From: Centroscyllium fabricii
Lineage: Eukaryota
Length of the DNA: 64,000 nucleotides
Assembly (NCBI GenBank): GCA_051313645.2
Contig: JBNRSN020000006.1
Coordinates: forward strand, 223,262,001-223,326,000
Direction: 5' to 3'
The translations under genes and the position numbers were made by a program. Below, piece by piece: positions 11,001 through 24,915 of this stretch (position 1 is the first letter of the stretch; each line of letters opens with the position of its first letter). The notes below the pieces were generated by a model. The model was not told the origin of the DNA and ran no database searches. It worked only from the letters and a program-made list of their open reading frames with translations.

Positions 11001-12495
11001 ATATCGCGCACGGCCCCGCGGCCACCGTCGTCTGCTGCGACGTATCCTTGCCGCAACCCAGGCCAGTCGTACCCCACGCTTGGAGGCGACACATATTTAG
11101 GACCCTCCATGACCTGTCCCACCCCGGCGCCCGCGCGTCCATCAAATTAATCTCGGCCCGATTCGTATGGCGTGGCCTGCGCAAGGACGTCCGCGCCTGG
11201 GCCAGCTCCTGCATAGCCTGCCAGCGCTCCAAAGTACATAAGCACATCAGGGCACCGCTGGAAACTTTTAAAGTGCCGGCCAGACGCTTTGACCACGTCC
11301 ATATCGATCTCGTCGGGCCACTACCGCCATCCCGGGGCCACACGCACCTAATGACCATGGTCGACCGCAACACTCGCTGGCCAGAAGCAGTCCCCCTCAC
11401 TGCCACCGGCACCACGGACTTGGCCAGGGCGTTCATCGCCACCTGGGTCGCCCGCTTCGGCGTGCCCACAGACATCACCTCCGACAGAGGACCCCAGTTT
11501 ACGTCGGCATTATGGGCGGCCATCGCCCGCGACCTTGGGGTGACACTACATCGAACCACTGCATACCACCCACAGGCGAACGGCCTATGCGAACGGTTCC
11601 ACCGCTCAATGAAGGCATCACTACGAGCCACACTAAAGGACGCATCGTGGACCGACCGCCTTCCATGGGTTCTCCTCGGGCTGCGCTCGGCAGTCAAGGA
11701 AGACCTAAACGCCTCGGCAGCAGAGCTCGTCTACGGCCAAACTTTAACGGTGCCGGGTGAGTTCCTGGCTGAGCCCAACGCTCCCTGGTCAGCCGACCAG
11801 TATTTAAAAGACTTCGCCAACCCGGCACGAGCTTTCCAGCCACTACCAGTGGCCCGGCACGGAGAGCCGGCAGCTCGGGTGCCGGACGACATTAAAAAAG
11901 CTAAATTTGTGTTCGTCCGGCGCGACGGACACCGATCTCCACTACAGCCACCGTACGATGGCCCCTACAGAGTGCTTCGGGCGGGAGCTAAAGCTTTTGA
12001 ATTACAAATGGGCAACAGGACTGACACTGTGACAATAGACCGGCTCAAGCCGGCGCACGTTATAGCGGGTGAGACAACGGTCCCCGCACAACCACCACAA
12101 CGCGGTCGCCCTCCCGCAACAAAACCCGCCCACACTCCACCGCAGAACCAGGAGCAACAGACACCATGGTCCGGCCGCATCATCCGGCCACCCCAACGGC
12201 ACACATAGACTCTGTCACTATTCCTCCCGGACGGATTCTGGGGGGAGCTGTGTGGCGGCACACCCACTGAGACATCGAATCCGCCACGGGAACTCCACGG
12301 AGCAAAGCCCCGCTCATCCGGGTGACGCGACGATGTCACCACGTCGGCCGACGCGTTGACGTCACCAACCGCGGGACTGTTTAAATACGCTTGTTGCGAG
12401 TGGTTCACTCTCTTTCTTGTTTTGTTTAGTATATTAAAGCTGTGTTTTCTCTAGCTCTGGCTCACGTGTGGTTCCTAGGCCCTGCCGGCGCTACA
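8045..12495 (+). mobile_element. Gypsy element B, CsRN1-like lineage, full length
   Basis: 245-bp LTRs at 8045-8289 and 12251-12495, 4-bp TSD AGGT, tRNA-Trp-type PBS TGGTGACCCCGA (8291-8302), PPT GGGGGGAG, and a single intact ORF. Confidence 0.96.
8381..12208 (+). CDS. Gag-Pol polyprotein of element B (1275 aa, uninterrupted)
   Basis: CHCC gag knuckle (CYYH...RCVQPC), PR DTGA, RT YLDD, RH TDAS, IN HHCC plus D-D35-E, and a GPY motif. Confidence 0.95.
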   Translation: MVNPRNQAPQTQRLGQNAGRGLTLPEFWELRPAAWFICIETSCRTHGIQGDNRYDLVFSALPQTTIDRMWSKIQRVPTAGRYESLKAALIIFFTPSQFERDCQLLDLPELRDADPSDLLGQMQALTPNQASLFCTVFLLKLPRAIRPALAALGQRSDDELGEEADRLMEAQRTRSTTCDPNSASVERSQSPPRHNFTPEPRTPRPPRQTRPASTGWCYYHTRFDHKAHRCVQPCAFKPRPNSAPTMSVGHTGALLFATDSGRGLRFLCDTGAQHSIVPASPAETKQGTRGPPLAAANGSSIKTYGTRKLTITLASHAYTWDFVTAQVTSPLLGADFLCAYGLLVDVTRRRLVNINNMTTIPCSTGPALLAHAAAQCRSRDSDAYGTLLAEFPALTNPTFTARQAKHGVEHFITTTGPPVHAHARRLDPAKQEIARTEFRTMEQLGIIRRSSSPWASPLHIAPKPDGGWRPCGDYRRLNNATTPDRYPVPHIQDFSARLAGCTIFSKIDLVRGYHQVPVHPADIPKTAVITPFGLFEFLRMPFGLKNAAQAFQRLMDSVLQDLKFIFVYLDDILVASTSPQEHLLHLRSLFQRLTEHGLILSPTKCKFGLETIDFLGHGISQTGAIPLPSKVQAVQELPRPHSIKGLQEFLGMVNFYNRFIPGAAALMAPLYQATRGQSNKAAVEWTADAATAFTATKTALANATLLAHPRPNARVALTTDASDYAVGAVFEQWTGNSWQPLAFFSRQLRPPEVKYSAFDRELLALHLAVRHFRFFLEGRHFTAFSDHKPLTFAMAKVAEPWSARQQRQLAAVSEFTTDIQHISGRDNVVADCLSRPTINAAQMAVDYAQLAADQLADPDLLNAAANLPGLHLANIAHGPAATVVCCDVSLPQPRPVVPHAWRRHIFRTLHDLSHPGARASIKLISARFVWRGLRKDVRAWASSCIACQRSKVHKHIRAPLETFKVPARRFDHVHIDLVGPLPPSRGHTHLMTMVDRNTRWPEAVPLTATGTTDLARAFIATWVARFGVPTDITSDRGPQFTSALWAAIARDLGVTLHRTTAYHPQANGLCERFHRSMKASLRATLKDASWTDRLPWVLLGLRSAVKEDLNASAAELVYGQTLTVPGEFLAEPNAPWSADQYLKDFANPARAFQPLPVARHGEPAARVPDDIKKAKFVFVRRDGHRSPLQPPYDGPYRVLRAGAKAFELQMGNRTDTVTIDRLKPAHVIAGETTVPAQPPQRGRPPATKPAHTPPQNQEQQTPWSGRIIRPPQRHT

Positions 12496-13017
12496 AGGTA
12501 AGTTTTAAATTTATCGTTGTGGTGCCAGGAGAATTTCTCCATGACCCACAAGGAAAGTCTGGGCCTCCGCTGCCCTGGGCTTCCATCCCTTTCTCACCGG
12601 CGAGATCCTACTAAACCTGTCCCCTCCGCAACTTAACTGAGTGACGGTCGGCCGTCTACAGATCATCTGATCTTTGTCTGCCGGCAGCCTTCCAGCTGCC
12701 GCTTTACATCTGTTCAGGTGGCCTACTGGCCAGTGGGATGTAAATGCAGCCCAGCAAATAATATCAGTTGGGTCACAGAGACTCCCAAGCGAGCAGCCCG
12801 CACGTCCCGCCGGCTTCTCGACCAAGGTTTAAATTTCCCCCTGTAGTAACAGTTTCAGAAGGGAGGAGACCTTCAGTCCATCTAGCCCACCGAGCCACAG
12901 TATTCCCTTGGCATACTTCTAATAACCCTGAATGTCATTTTTTGACAAGCACCTGATTAGTTCCTTCTTGAAATTGCCCAATATGTTGTCTTTTGTGATT
13001 TTAAAACATTTTAGTCT

Positions 13018-13423
13018 ACATAAACATAGACATAGACATAGAAACTAGGAGCAGGAGTAGGCCATTCGGCCCTTCGAGCCTGCTCCACCATTCAATGAGA
13101 TCATGGCTGATCATCCAAACCCAGTACCCCGCCCCTGCCCTCCCCCCAAATCCCTCGATCCCTATCGAGCCTGCATCGACACATATCCCACCCTATCCCT
13201 GTATATTCAATCCCCCTAACACTAAGGGTCAATTTATCATGGCCAATCAACCTAACCCGCACATCTTTGGACTGTGGGAGGAAACCGGAGCACCCGGAGG
13301 AAACCCACGCAGACACGGGGAGAATGTGCAAACTCCACACAGATAGTACCCGAGGCCGGATTTGAACCCGGGTCTCCAGTGCTGTGAGACAACAATGCTA
13401 ACCACTGTGCCACCGTGCCGCCC
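13018..13423 (-). mobile_element. HE1-type V-SINE, full length
   Basis: tRNA-derived head with A box TGGCACAGTGG and B box GGTTCAAATCC, V-domain GTGGAGTTTGCACATTCTCCCCGTGTCTGCGTGGG, and a CR1-like (ctatgt)n tail. Confidence 0.88.
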
Positions 13424-13459
13424 TCTAAACTATAGTTCACCTCTAAACTATACCCCCAA

Positions 13460-14990
13460 TTTTTGGTATTTATCTCCCCATTTCTTTTGTGAAGACTGTT
13501 GAAACATAACAGTTAAATACTTCAGTAATGTATCTATTTTCAGACACCAATTCCCTATTGTCATTTTTTAGAGTGCCAATCCCGCTTTGCGCCCTTTGTT
13601 TACTCGTGCCACACTTGAAGAATGCTTTATTATTCTCCTTTATGTTTTGAACTATATTTTCCTCAATTCCTTTTTGCAGCCCTTGGTTTCTTGGCATTCC
13701 TCAACTTATCTTTATAGATCTCCCCATCCTGTTCCTTTCCTGAACATTTAAACATTTTGGATTTTCCAAGCCCCGAGGAGGCAGGTTTGGAGGCGGGAGT
13801 GGTGGGAAAATTAAAGAATCGGGGGGCAGGAACCCACCCCGCCCCCAACCCGCCTCAGTGTCAATGTCCCAGGAGGTGGGTACCCGACCTGTGCTGGGAG
13901 CCACCTCCAGAGGTGGGAAGGGGATTAGTGCCAATTAACTGCCTGTAGCTAACAGGCAGTTTTTTGCCTAATCCCTATTTTTAGCCCTGAAGTGTGGACT
14001 GTCCAATGGCTCCGAACCACGGCAAGTTAGCGAGGCGCACCGTCAGTCTGAAGAGGTTGGAGGGGTTGAGATGTCCGATGTGCAGGTGCGTGATGGGTGC
14101 ATGTGTGCAGAGGTAAGTGTGTGAGGTAAGTGTAAAGTGTTTTAATAAGTTTTACTTACTTTTACTTTCTCCTGTAGGCTTCCTTCCTTCAGTTCTCGGG
14201 AGTCCCTCAGTTCACCAGCACAGAAAGCAGAATGGCTGCTGAAATATGAAAAGCTGCAGCATTCTGCTTTCTGGTCTGGAGAACTCTCTGAGTCTGAATA
14301 GAAGGACTCAAGTTAGTAGACAGATTGGCAGTAATTGACAGCTTCACAGAGCTGTCAAACGGTGATTTTTCATCTGTCAAAAGCTCTTGACAGATGAAAT
14401 GTCAATCACTGACATCACCAGTAACCAGGTGTCCCTTAATTGGCCTGCTGAGCCCGCTGGGCGGGCTTAACAAGGTCAATCAAGGGAAAATAGTGTGGGT
14501 TGGCCACAAGTCGATGGAGGCGGGACTACAACCCAAAAAGTGGGAGTCCCGCCTCCAAAAGCTCCCCATTGCCTTTCACAACTTTGTCAGTAAACCAAAC
14601 TGATCTTATTTGTTTATTTTGTCCTTGGGCTATTTTAGGAATAAATTAATTTTGCTTCTCAAAAACAACCCCTTTGAAAATATTCAATATTCTTTCCACA
14701 TCTTTTCCTTCCAGTATCTCTTCCAATTTTACCATTTCTATGTGTTCTCCCAGGATTAATATTTGACACTCATCTGTATTATTATATCTCACAAAAATGC
14801 ATTTGCTTCCCTTTGATTATTTGGTGGGCTGTAGTATATTCCTATTACTAACTAATTCCCTCTCCTGTCCATTAATTTTATCCAAAGAGACTCAGTACCA
14901 TTCCAGCAGCTAACTCCATTGTAACTAGTCCCTAACAATTAATGCCACCCCACTTTCTGCCTTACCTTCACGGTCCTTCCAAAGACACAA
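13460..14990 (-). mobile_element. Old CR1 ORF2 fragments (endonuclease and linker), split by a MITE-like insert at about 13757-14590
   Basis: KDREGKAESGVALIVRD (APE domain) and NIKENNKAFFK...IGTLKN linker motifs. Confidence 0.6.
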
Positions 14991-16214
14991 AGGGCCTCCG
15001 CAGCATGGCCTGGAGCCCCACTGGACCGCCGGGGATTGGAGTGCCGGCAAAGGAGCCAGGCACTTGAGGGAAGTGCCACGCTCATGGAGCACAGCCAGCA
15101 CTCCGCAGGGGGGCATTGGGGAAGGCCGGGAATGGCAGAGGGGGCAGGTGCTGGCAGGCGGCCAGCAAGAAAAATGGCTGCCCGGCACCCCCCTTTAAAT
15201 AGCGCTGGCTCGGCTGCAACTACGTCCCCCTGACCCTGTCGGTGACAGCGTCTAGCGCTAAGTCGGGGGCGTGACTGAAGTTCGAGGCCAGGGCGCGAGC
15301 GAGGCGCTGCTCATGGCGATGACGTCATCGCCAGCGGCGCAGCGCCACAGGGCACTACCGGCTACCGCCGCCGCCAGCACCCCGCTAAATATCATGGGAG
15401 GCACCAGCCCAGGCGCTAGGTGTCTTGCACCCCATTAGCAGCCCTCTTAGGGCGCTAACGGTTGGCACAAGCCACCCAATTTCCCCCCCGCAGTCTTTAG
15501 CCCTTAGAGCTCGACTGCCTTTAAAAAAACATCTAAAATAATACTGAATGAGCAGTCTTCAGCTCTTAAAGCAAAACTGCCTTCTGCACGTAAAAAAATG
15601 GTGAAAGTGCGTCAGTACTAACACAAACTGTTCAATAAGCCAGGCAAGGGTCACCTAGGGTCTCATACACAGCACTCAAGCTTTGTGCAGGGGTCAACAC
15701 TGCAAAAGAGGTCCTCTACCCACAGGGGGCCAGGAGGCCCTCCAGAAAGAAAGATGTGCGGCCAGATCACTGAGGCCGAAGCTTCATGACCTCAGATCAG
15801 TGGTCAGGGTCAGTGAATGCATCTTCAAAAGCTGTCTCCTACCAACTGCACCACTAGCCTCACACACTGCTCATTGCACAACTCCAACTCCACGCATCAT
15901 TCACTTACCAACAATCTGTACCAAACACGAGGCACACCTCACATTCCTGGCTTCACCTCACCCCCTTGGAGGAGACGGTACTGGCCATTCTTGGCAGGGG
16001 AGTGGCTGAGCCTGTGGCTAGCAGCGGGGCTGAAAGAATACAAGATACTGGTATCCTCATACATTGTCCTCCTTCTCAAATCCCACTTCCCCCTCATCCC
16101 ACAATCTCTTCTGATTTACAAGGTGTGCATGGTGTAAGCATGCAGCTCTTGCTTTCCCGCCCTCCCCTCACCAAAACTTCATGTCAAACACCCAAGGAAA
16201 GCAACCTGCCCCTG

Positions 16215-16900
16215 CATTCTTTCAAATCACCCCTTCCACAAAAAAACACCCTTCACTCCTCTGTCCTTGCAAACTACTGCTCATCACCAACCTACCGTTC
16301 CTCTACAAAGTACAAAGACCTCCCAAATCTGTGGCCCTCTTTCCCGCAATTCTTTAAATCTTTCCAATCAGTTTTCTGCCCTTGCCACAGCACTGAAACA
16401 GCCTTAATCATAGTAACAAATTAAATCAATTGTGACTGTGGCCATGCAGCATTATCCCTCCTCGTCCTTCTCAATGTCTCTCCAGCCTCTGACACGGTCA
16501 ACCACAATATCCTTTTCCAACGCCTCTCCTCCATTGTCCAGCTGAGTTGAACTGCCCGCAATTGGATCCACACTTAGCAATCCAGTAGTAGCCAAATAAT
16601 CTACTGCAGTGGCTTCTGTTCCTGCCCTCACACTGTTACCTCTGTAATCCCCCAAAGATCTATCCTTGGCTCCCACCTGTTCCTCATCTACATGTTTCCC
16701 CTCGGTGTCATCATCCGGGTCAGATTCCACATGTACGCTGACGTCCCCCAGCTCTCCTGCTCTACCTCTGCACAACCTCACTTGACCGTTCCACTGCCAC
16801 TGTGATGTCAGAATACTTGTCAGACATCCAGTCCTGGATGAACCACAATTTTCTCCAGATTTCCTCCAGTTAAACATTGGGAAGACAGAAGCTATTATCT
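16215..16900 (+). mobile_element. L2 LINE RT fragment, decayed
   Basis: FQSVFCPCHSTETALIIVTN matches the L2 FQSGFRxxHSTETAL motif. Degenerate YADD further downstream. Confidence 0.75.
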
Positions 16901-17940
16901 GGGAAAGGCTGTTCCCACTAGTTAATGGTACAAGACTAGGGGACACAGATTTAAAGTTTTGGGCAAGAGATACAAGAGGGATGTGAGGAAAAAGTTTTTT
17001 AAGCAGCGAGTGGTTTGGACCTGGAATTCGCTGCGGATGGAAGTGGTGGAAGCGGAGACACTTAGGCATAAAAATCCGGTTGCTTTGTGTCTCCCATTAG
17101 CGCCCTAAATGCGCTAATGGGGCACAAAGCAACTAGCGCCTGGGCGTGGCGCCGCCAATGCCTCCCGCGAAATTCAGCAAGAGATTAGCGGCGGCGGTAA
17201 CTGTTAGTGCCCCGCTGCGCTGCCAGCAATGACATGCGCAACACCCTGCTCGCGCCCTGACTGCGAACTTCATTAGCGCCCCCTGACTTACCACCGGACG
17301 CTATGTCCGATGGGGTCAGGGGGACTTACCTGCGGCCAGGGCGACGATAATTAAAGGGGAGGTGCCGGGCGGCCATTTTTGTTGCTGGCCGCCTGCCAGC
17401 ACCTGCCCCCTTTGCTGTCCCCGAACTCCTCCGCAGCCTCCCCGCAGGATGCCGGCTGCGCTCCATGAGCCAGGCACTTCTCTTGAGTGCCAGGCTCTTT
17501 TGCCGGCACTCTGGTCCCTGGTGGCCCAGCTGGGCCCTGGAAGCTCCTCCCCTTTAATAAGGGGAGGAAGGCCTGCAGTACCGTGGCGCGACATGCCGCC
17601 GCGACCATAGCGCCGCGATATTCACTTGCAGTGCCCCAAGAGGGAGGTGGGGTGCTTCCAGTAGCGCCCTGCCTCCATCTTGGGGCGCTACTGGTGAATT
17701 ACGGCTGCGGGGGTGTTAATTTGTCATGCCCCCCCCAAAGTTAGCGCCCCAAAGGGGGTGTGACCCAATTTTCCCCCCTCAATGCTTTCAAGGGGAGACT
17801 GGATAGGCAATTGAGGGAAATAAACTTGCAGGGCTACGGGAATAGAGCGGGGAAATGGGACGGACTGGATTGCTCTACAGAGAGCCGGCGCTGACTCGAT
17901 GAGCCGAACGGCCTCCTTCCATGCCATTATGACTATGACA
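16900..17940 (+). mobile_element. CR1 3' fragment interrupted by a GC-rich MITE (about 17064-17778)
   Basis: CR1 sequence resumes after the insert (tcaatgctttcaaggggagactggat). The insert is an inverted homolog of 14990-15490. Confidence 0.65.
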
Positions 17941-19402
17941 AGTTGTTGTTGTTGTTGTTGACACTGGCCCAGGCTGAGATCGCAGGTTCAGCTCATTAGA
18001 ATTTTGCTAGCTGGGACAAATGCACAAGTCCTGCCAACAATCGGTGCCCTGTGCGTGGGAGGCCCAAGAAATATGTGGAGGAACAGGAGAAAGTTCTTCT
18101 GAGGGCGCAGCTACATTTAAAGTTGGACTGCTCTTAAAGTCGAACCAGCTTGCATGAAGGTGTAAACATGGCTCTCAGGAACAAGCAGAAAAATTCTCAG
18201 AAGGTGATATAAATATTTTTCTTACTTAGCTTAGGCACGGGGAAGGGCTGCAATAGTGCAGTGTTGCCCAATAGAAATCATTGACTAGCCACAGCAGCGA
18301 CACCATTGTAACCACTTGCACTAACTTTAGTAGAAGACGCCTTAATGCAATACAGGTAAATGTACTTTACATGTGTATATTTATTTAACAAGTATCTACC
18401 ACTATTCAGTAATCAAGGAAGTAAAGAACTCACAACAACCAAAAGCACTCGCACACTCTGCGATTTGTTTTACAATTTTACCAACAAATGCAGAAAAAGA
18501 TTAAAGTACACATGCATTCACCATGCAAACATGAGTATTGAGTTTACATGCCCAATGACAATGTCTATTACACAATTTTTATTTACTAATCAGGTTTGCA
18601 ATTAGCCACATCTGGCTATGTTCTTGGGGTATAGGTAACACTGAAAAGACCACATTTATTGCAAATCCCGAGTGGCCCTGAGAAGGTGGTGGTGCCCTCG
18701 CCTTGAACCACTGCAGTCCTTGAGGTGATGGTGCTCCCACAATGGTGTTAGGTAGGGAATTCTAGAATTCTGATCCAGCGACAATGACGTCATCTCATGT
18801 TTTAGGGAATAGATGTTTATACTTATAACTTTATCAGTTATTCCCACAAGATAATAAAGTTTAAAGGCATTTATTGGCTTTAATTAGAATTAAGCATACA
18901 ATATTATTTTTAATAATAATTACTCATATACTTAAGATTACGATACTATGAATTACCGGAGGATTCATACGTTACAGATCTCGAGCTCGAGGGCATCAGC
19001 TGGCCAAGCCTTTTCAAATTCTGAAGTATCTATTCTAACACTCCTCTTTTTATACATTTCTTTCACACTAGCCAGGTGAAAATCCGCATGTTTCAAATAA
19101 TGGGCCAGAAATTAGGTTCCCCAACGCGTGAGTACGGACGGGGTACTCACGTGTGGGCCCATCGGAATTGCCGGTTTCTGGCATGCACCGCACATGCGCG
19201 CGAAACCGGCAATTCCGATCCCCTGAAAGAAGGGGTTAGGGGCCTCCTCCCATCCTTCCTCGTTTAACTCTATCAGCATAATCCTCTATTTCCTTCTCCC
19301 ACATACGCTTATCTAGCCTCCCCTTAAATACATCTATATTATCACTTCAACCATTCCCTGTGGTAGCGAATTCCACATTCTTGCCACTTTCTGGGTTAAG
19401 AC

Positions 19403-22400
19403 TGTGACCGAAATAACGACCTTGTGGACGAGTAGTTAAGAGGGTAAACAATTCGGCTTTTATTCACTAAAGGTGGACATGCACCAGCTAGTCGACCGTC
19501 CCCAGTAATGGCAGGGGGATGGGAGACGGCCGCTTATGTACCTGGCCCCGGGAGGGAGGAGTCGCAGGCGGAGCCAGCATGGGCATGTCCAGGTAATCGT
19601 ATACAATGAACTATGATACAACGTGGTGAATAGTACGATTACAACAATACATATATATACAAGACAGAGTGGATAGATATACATAGAAGAGTGGTTTACC
19701 ACATTCACCCCTTCTTTAAAACGAAAGTCCGGCGGGGTGAATGCGACAGTTCTTTCAATTTATAGGTTTAGTCTCTCAGGCGGCCTGGTAAGCCTGGTGG
19801 AACGGCGCACCGCTGGTGGTGTCGGCGGACGTGAAGTAGCCGGTTGTGTTGATCGCACCACTGGTGATGATATCAGTGGGCGTACGATAGCCGGTTGGGT
19901 TGGTTGTTTCCTCGTCGGTGCCCTTGCGGTGACAGTTGGCGGCGCGCTCTCCCCCTCGTCGTCTGACTCTAGAGGCCGTGCACTATGGAACCATGCTGGA
20001 GGCCATGCCGTGCTGCCTACAGGTGCCGGGCGGACGTACTGAGGTGCCTGATTCTCGTGCCGAGGAGCGTACCTTGGCGCCGGTGGCCCGGGAGGAGTGG
20101 ATGGCAGGCGCGGGGGCGCGGGCTGCTAGGCGGGGCTGGTTTTGGGGGCCCCCGCTGGTGCCAGGTCCTTGATGGACACGGTGTCCTCCCTCCCGTCGGG
20201 GTACGCCACGTAGGCGTACTGGGGATTGGCGTGCAGGAGGTGGACCCGTTCGACCAGGGGGTCTGCCTTGTGGCCCCTCACGTGCTTCCGGAGTAGGACT
20301 GGTCCCGGGGATAATAGCCACGATGGCAGCGAGGTCCCGGAAGCCGACTTCCTGGGGAAGGCAAAAAGTCGCTCGTGAGGGGTGGCATTAGTGGCCGTAC
20401 AAAGGAGTGACCGGATGGAGTGGAGCGCTTCGGGGAGGATGTCCTGCCAGCGGGAGACTGGGAGGCCTTTAGACCGTAGGGCTAACAGGATGGCCTTCCA
20501 GACAGTGGCGTTCTCCCTCGCTACCTGTCCGTTCCCCCGGGGGTTGTAGCTGGTAGTCCTGCTAGTCGCGATGCCTTTAGCTAGCAGGAACTGATGCAGC
20601 TCGTCACTCATGAAGGAGGCCCCCCGGTCGCTATGGATATAGCTGGGGTAGCCGAACAGGGAGAAAATGCTGTGGAGGGCCTTGATGACAGTGGCAGAGG
20701 TCATGTCCGGGCAGGGGATGGCGAAAGGGAAGCGCGAGTACTCGTCGATGACGTTAAGGAAGTACACGTTCCTGTTGGCCGAGGGAAGGGGCCCTTTAAA
20801 ATCGACGCTGAGTCGTTCAAAGGGGCGGGTGGCCTTGATCAGATGCGCCCGGTCTGGCCGAAAGAAGTGCGGCTTGCACTCCGCACAGACCTGGCAGTTG
20901 CTGGTCATGGTCTTGACCTCCTCGATGGAGTAGGGGAGGTTGCGGGACTTCACAAAGTGAACCAACCTGGTGACCCCCGGGTGGCAGAGGTCGTTGTGCA
21001 GGGTTTGGAGACGGTCTACTTGTGCGCTGGCACAGGTACCGCGGGATAGGGCGTCTGGTGGTTCGTTGAATTTCCCGGGCCGGTACAAGATCTCATAATT
21101 GAACGCTGAGAGCTCAATTCTCCACCTTAATATCTTGTCGTTCTTGATTTTACCCCGCTCTTTGTTGTTGAACATAAAAGCGACTGAGCGTTGGTCAGTC
21201 AGCAGGGTAAATCGTTTGCCGGCCAGGTAGTGCTTCCAGTGACGCACTGCTTCAACAATGGCCTGGGCCTCCTTCTCGACTGAAGAGTGACGGGTCTCGG
21301 GGCCCTGGAGGGTGCGCGAGAAGAATGCCACTGGTCTGCCCGCCTGGTTAAGGGTGGCGGCCAGGGCAAAGTCCGATGCATCGCTCTCGACCTGGAACGG
21401 GACAGACTCGTCCACAGCGTGCATCGTTGCCTTTGCAATGTCGTCCTTAATGCCGCAGAACGCCGCGCAGGCATCTGCTGACAGGGGGAATGAGGTTGAT
21501 TTAAGTAGTGGGCGAGCTTTGTCCGCATAATTGGGGACCCACTGGGCATAATAGGCGACGAACCCCAAGCATCTTTTGAGGGCCTTGAGGGAGTGGGGGA
21601 GGGGGAGCTCCAGGAGGGGGCGCATGCGGTCCGGGTCAGGACCGATGACCCCATTCTCCACAACACTGCCGAGGATGGCGAGGCGGGTGGTCCTGAACAC
21701 ACATTTCTCAGTGTTATAGGTCAGGTTGAGTGTTTTGGCGGTGTGGAGAAATTTCTGGAGGTTGGCGTCGTGGTCCTGCTGATCGTGGCCGCAGATGGTC
21801 ACGTTATCAAGATACGGGAAAGTGGCTCGCAGCCCGTACTGATCGACCATTCGGTCCATCTCCCTTTGGAAGACCGAGACCCCATTCGTAACGCCAAACG
21901 GAACCCTGAGGAAGTGATAGAGGCGGCCGTCAGCCTCGAAGGCCATATAGAGACGGTCCTCTGGGCAAATGGGGAGCTGGTGATACGCGGACTTCAGATC
22001 GATGGCCGAGAAGACCCGAAACTGCGCGATCTGATTTACCATGTCCGCTATCCGGGAAAGGGGGTACGCGTCCAACTGGGTGAACCGGTTAATGGTCTGG
22101 CTATAGTCCACTACCATCCGGTTCTTAGCTCCGGTCTTCACCACCACTACCTGCGCCCTCCAGGGGCTGTTACTGGCCTCGATAACCCCCTCCCCCAGGA
22201 GGCGCTTCACCTCGGACTTGATGAAGTCCATGTCCCCGGTACTGTAGCGCCTACTTTTGGTGGCGACGGGCTTGCAGTCCGGGGTGAGGTTAGCAAAGAG
22301 CGAGGGAGGGGCGACCTTAAGGGTCGAGAGGCCACAGGTAGCGCGCTGTGGATGCTGCAAGGAGCGCCGGTTTCAGACCGTGAGCGGGGGAAGGGGCCCA

Positions 22401-24039
22401 CCGTACGCCATGGTAACGCTTTGGAGGTGGCACTGGAAGTCCAGGCCTAATAATAATGGAGCGCAGAGCTGCGGCAGCACGAAGAATTTAAAATTATTAA
22501 AGTGCACGCCCCGTACCGTTAGAGCCACCGCGCAACGTCCGGAGACGTCCGCGGATTCTGATTTTGATGCCATGGATATCTTTTGGCTCGCTGGCATAAC
22601 CTTAAGGGAGAGGCGCCTTACTGTTTCTGGGTGGACAAAACTCACCGTGCTCCCGCTGTCGAAGAGGCACTCAACGTCTTGTCCGTTCACCTCCACCGTC
22701 ATCATTGACTTCCCAAGTGGTTGTGTCTTGTTTTGGTCCAGGGTGACTGAAGCTAGTACCAGATCGGTCGAGTCATCTTGATCCGTACAGTAGTCGTCTG
22801 CGGCCTGGTCCCAAGATGGCTGCCGCCATGTGGTGTACTGCGGAGGGGGTGGCTGAGACCAAAATGGCGTCTGCTGCCACACGGTGGGCTGTGTTGAGGA
22901 TGGCAGTGTCCGAGATGGCTGCCCCCACGTCCCACACGCGGCGCTGCCCGGTTTCGGTTGCGGTGCTGCAGTTGCTCTGCAGACTTTGGCATAGTGTCCC
23001 TTTCTGCCGCATTTCGAGCAGGCCGCATCTCTTGCCGGGCAGCTCCGTCTCGGATGCTGAGACTGCCCGCAGAAGTAGCATTTGGCCGTCTTAGAGCGAG
23101 CGGCTGCAGTCATTTCTTCCGCCGGCCTTGGCGCCGGCGATGTCCAATTTGTTGGGGCTGGGCCCGCGTAGTTTCCCGGGTATGAGGATAAATTCAGTGA
23201 TGCCGCATCCAGCGCGTTGCCCAGGTCTGCTGTTGCCTGCAGGTCAAGGCCGTTCTGCTCTAACAGCCTTTGTCTGATATAGTCTGACCTGAGGCCCGTC
23301 ACGTACGCGTCCCTGATCAGGCTGTCCACATGGACCTGGGCCGTTTGCGCTTTGCAGTCACAGGCCCGGGATATTAGTCTCAGCGCGCGTAGGAATTCCA
23401 CGCTGGACTCACCGGGTTGCTGTTTTCTGGTAGCCAATAGGTGTCTGGCGTGGACGATGTTGGGTGCCCGGTTGTACTCCGCTTTGAGGATCTTGATTGC
23501 ATCCAAGTACGATGATGCGTGTACGATCATGGAGTCTACCTGAGGGCCCACCCGGGCGTTGAGGAGCCGCCGTTTGTCTTCTTCGGTCCTGACGACCGTT
23601 GCGTTCGCCTTGATGAACGCATCGAAGCAGTCATACCAGTGCGAAAAGGTATTTGATGCGCCTGGTGTCCGGGGGTCCAGCTCGAACGTTGCTGGTTTGA
23701 GCATTGCGTCCATCGTCAAATTTAGTGAATAAAATTGTGACCGAAATAACGACCTCGTGGACGAGTAGTTAAGAGGGTAAAACAATTCGGCTTTTATTCA
23801 CTAAAGGTGGACATGCACCAGCTAGTCGACCGTCCCCAGTAATGGCAGGGGGATGGGAGACGGCCGCTTATGTACCTGGCCCCGGGAGGGAGGAGTCGCA
23901 GGCGGAGCCAGCATGGGCATGTCCAGGTAATCGTATACAATGAACTATGATACAACATGGTGAATAGTACGATTACAACAATACATATATATATACAAGA
24001 CAGAGTGGATAGATATACATAGAAGAGTGGTTTACCACA
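19403..24039 (-). mobile_element. Gypsy element C (Mag-like), full length, inserted in a CR1 tail
   Basis: LTRs at 23736-24039 and 19403-19703 with four differences, and 5-bp TSD AAGAC. The flanks rejoin as a CR1 3' fragment. Confidence 0.96.
19760..23713 (-). pseudogene. Gag-Pol of element C, one frame with two in-frame stops
   Basis: ATG at 23713, two CCHC knuckles, PR DSGS, RT YLDN and IN. TGA at 22373-22375 and TAG at 20126-20128 are in frame with the final RPPERLNL* at 19760. Confidence 0.85.
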
Positions 24040-24619
24040 AAGACATTTCTTCTGAATTCCCTATTTGATTTCTTGGTTACTATCTTATATTAATAGCCTC
24101 TAGTTTTTCTCTTCCCCACAATTGGAAACTCTCTTGCTATGTCCACTCGATCAAAAACTTTCACTCAAAATGTGTGGGTTCCCAGTGAGGTCGCTGGGGA
24201 AAAACACAGGGGGGGATTTTCAAGTCCCCGTGAGGTGAGGTTTTCAGCGGCCCGGCTGGCAAAATAGCAGAACCGGTAGGTCCCGCCCCTCCCCGCCGTA
24301 TCCCCGCCGCTTTCTCATTTTTGCCCACCCAGATTCCCCACCCCGAAACCTTCCCGCCGCCGACCGGCGGGGATGGGTTGTCACCTTGTTAAGGGCCCTT
24401 AATTGGCATCTTTAATGCCATTTTAAGGGCCCTCAGCCATTTTGCCCTGTTTCCCACCCTAACCCCGCCACCCACCTGGCGGGAGCACAGCGCTGGTCAT
24501 TACTGTTGGACTATAACCTGGTGTTGTGTGACTTCTTGCATTTATTACTTTCTCCTTCAAGGTGTGAAGGACATGCTGCCAAATGCTTGGCATGCCTCCA
24601 GCACCTTAGAGGAGTAAGT

Positions 24620-24915
24620 AACATAGAAACATAGAAACTAGGAGCAGGAGTAGGCCATTCGGCCCTTCGAGCCTGCTCCGCCATTCAATGAGATCATGGC
24701 TGATCATCCAAACCCAGCACCCCACCCCTGCCCTCTTCCCACATCCCTATCGAGCCTGCATCAACACACATCCCACCCTATCCTCGTAACCCCACATATT
24801 CAATCCCCCTCACACTAAGGGTCAATTAATCATGGCCAATCAACCTAACCCGCACATCTTTGGGCTGTGGGAGGAAACCGGAGCACCTGGAGGAAACTCA
24901 CGCAGACACGGGGTA
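24620..24915 (-). mobile_element. HE1-type SINE, 5'-truncated
   Basis: Closely matches 13025-13320. Confidence 0.85.

Noticed and set aside
13350-13423. tRNA gene
   Set aside because: The A/B boxes belong to a SINE head that continues into a V-domain and CR1-like tail.
15650-15830. Possible decayed Harbinger Myb/SANT-like exon (KLHDLRSVVR|gtcagt)
   Set aside because: The resemblance is short and from memory only, and no transposase or clear termini are linked to it.
18798-19067. Possible solo LTR on the minus strand (TG...CA, AATAAA and TATA-like motifs)
   Set aside because: No matching TSD (CTCA vs CTAG) and no second copy in the window, so it is unsupported without a search.
22373-22375. 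Programmed stop read-through between PR and RT in element C
   Set aside because: Sibling F and relatives A, D, E and G have sense codons here, so this is a copy-specific nonsense mutation.
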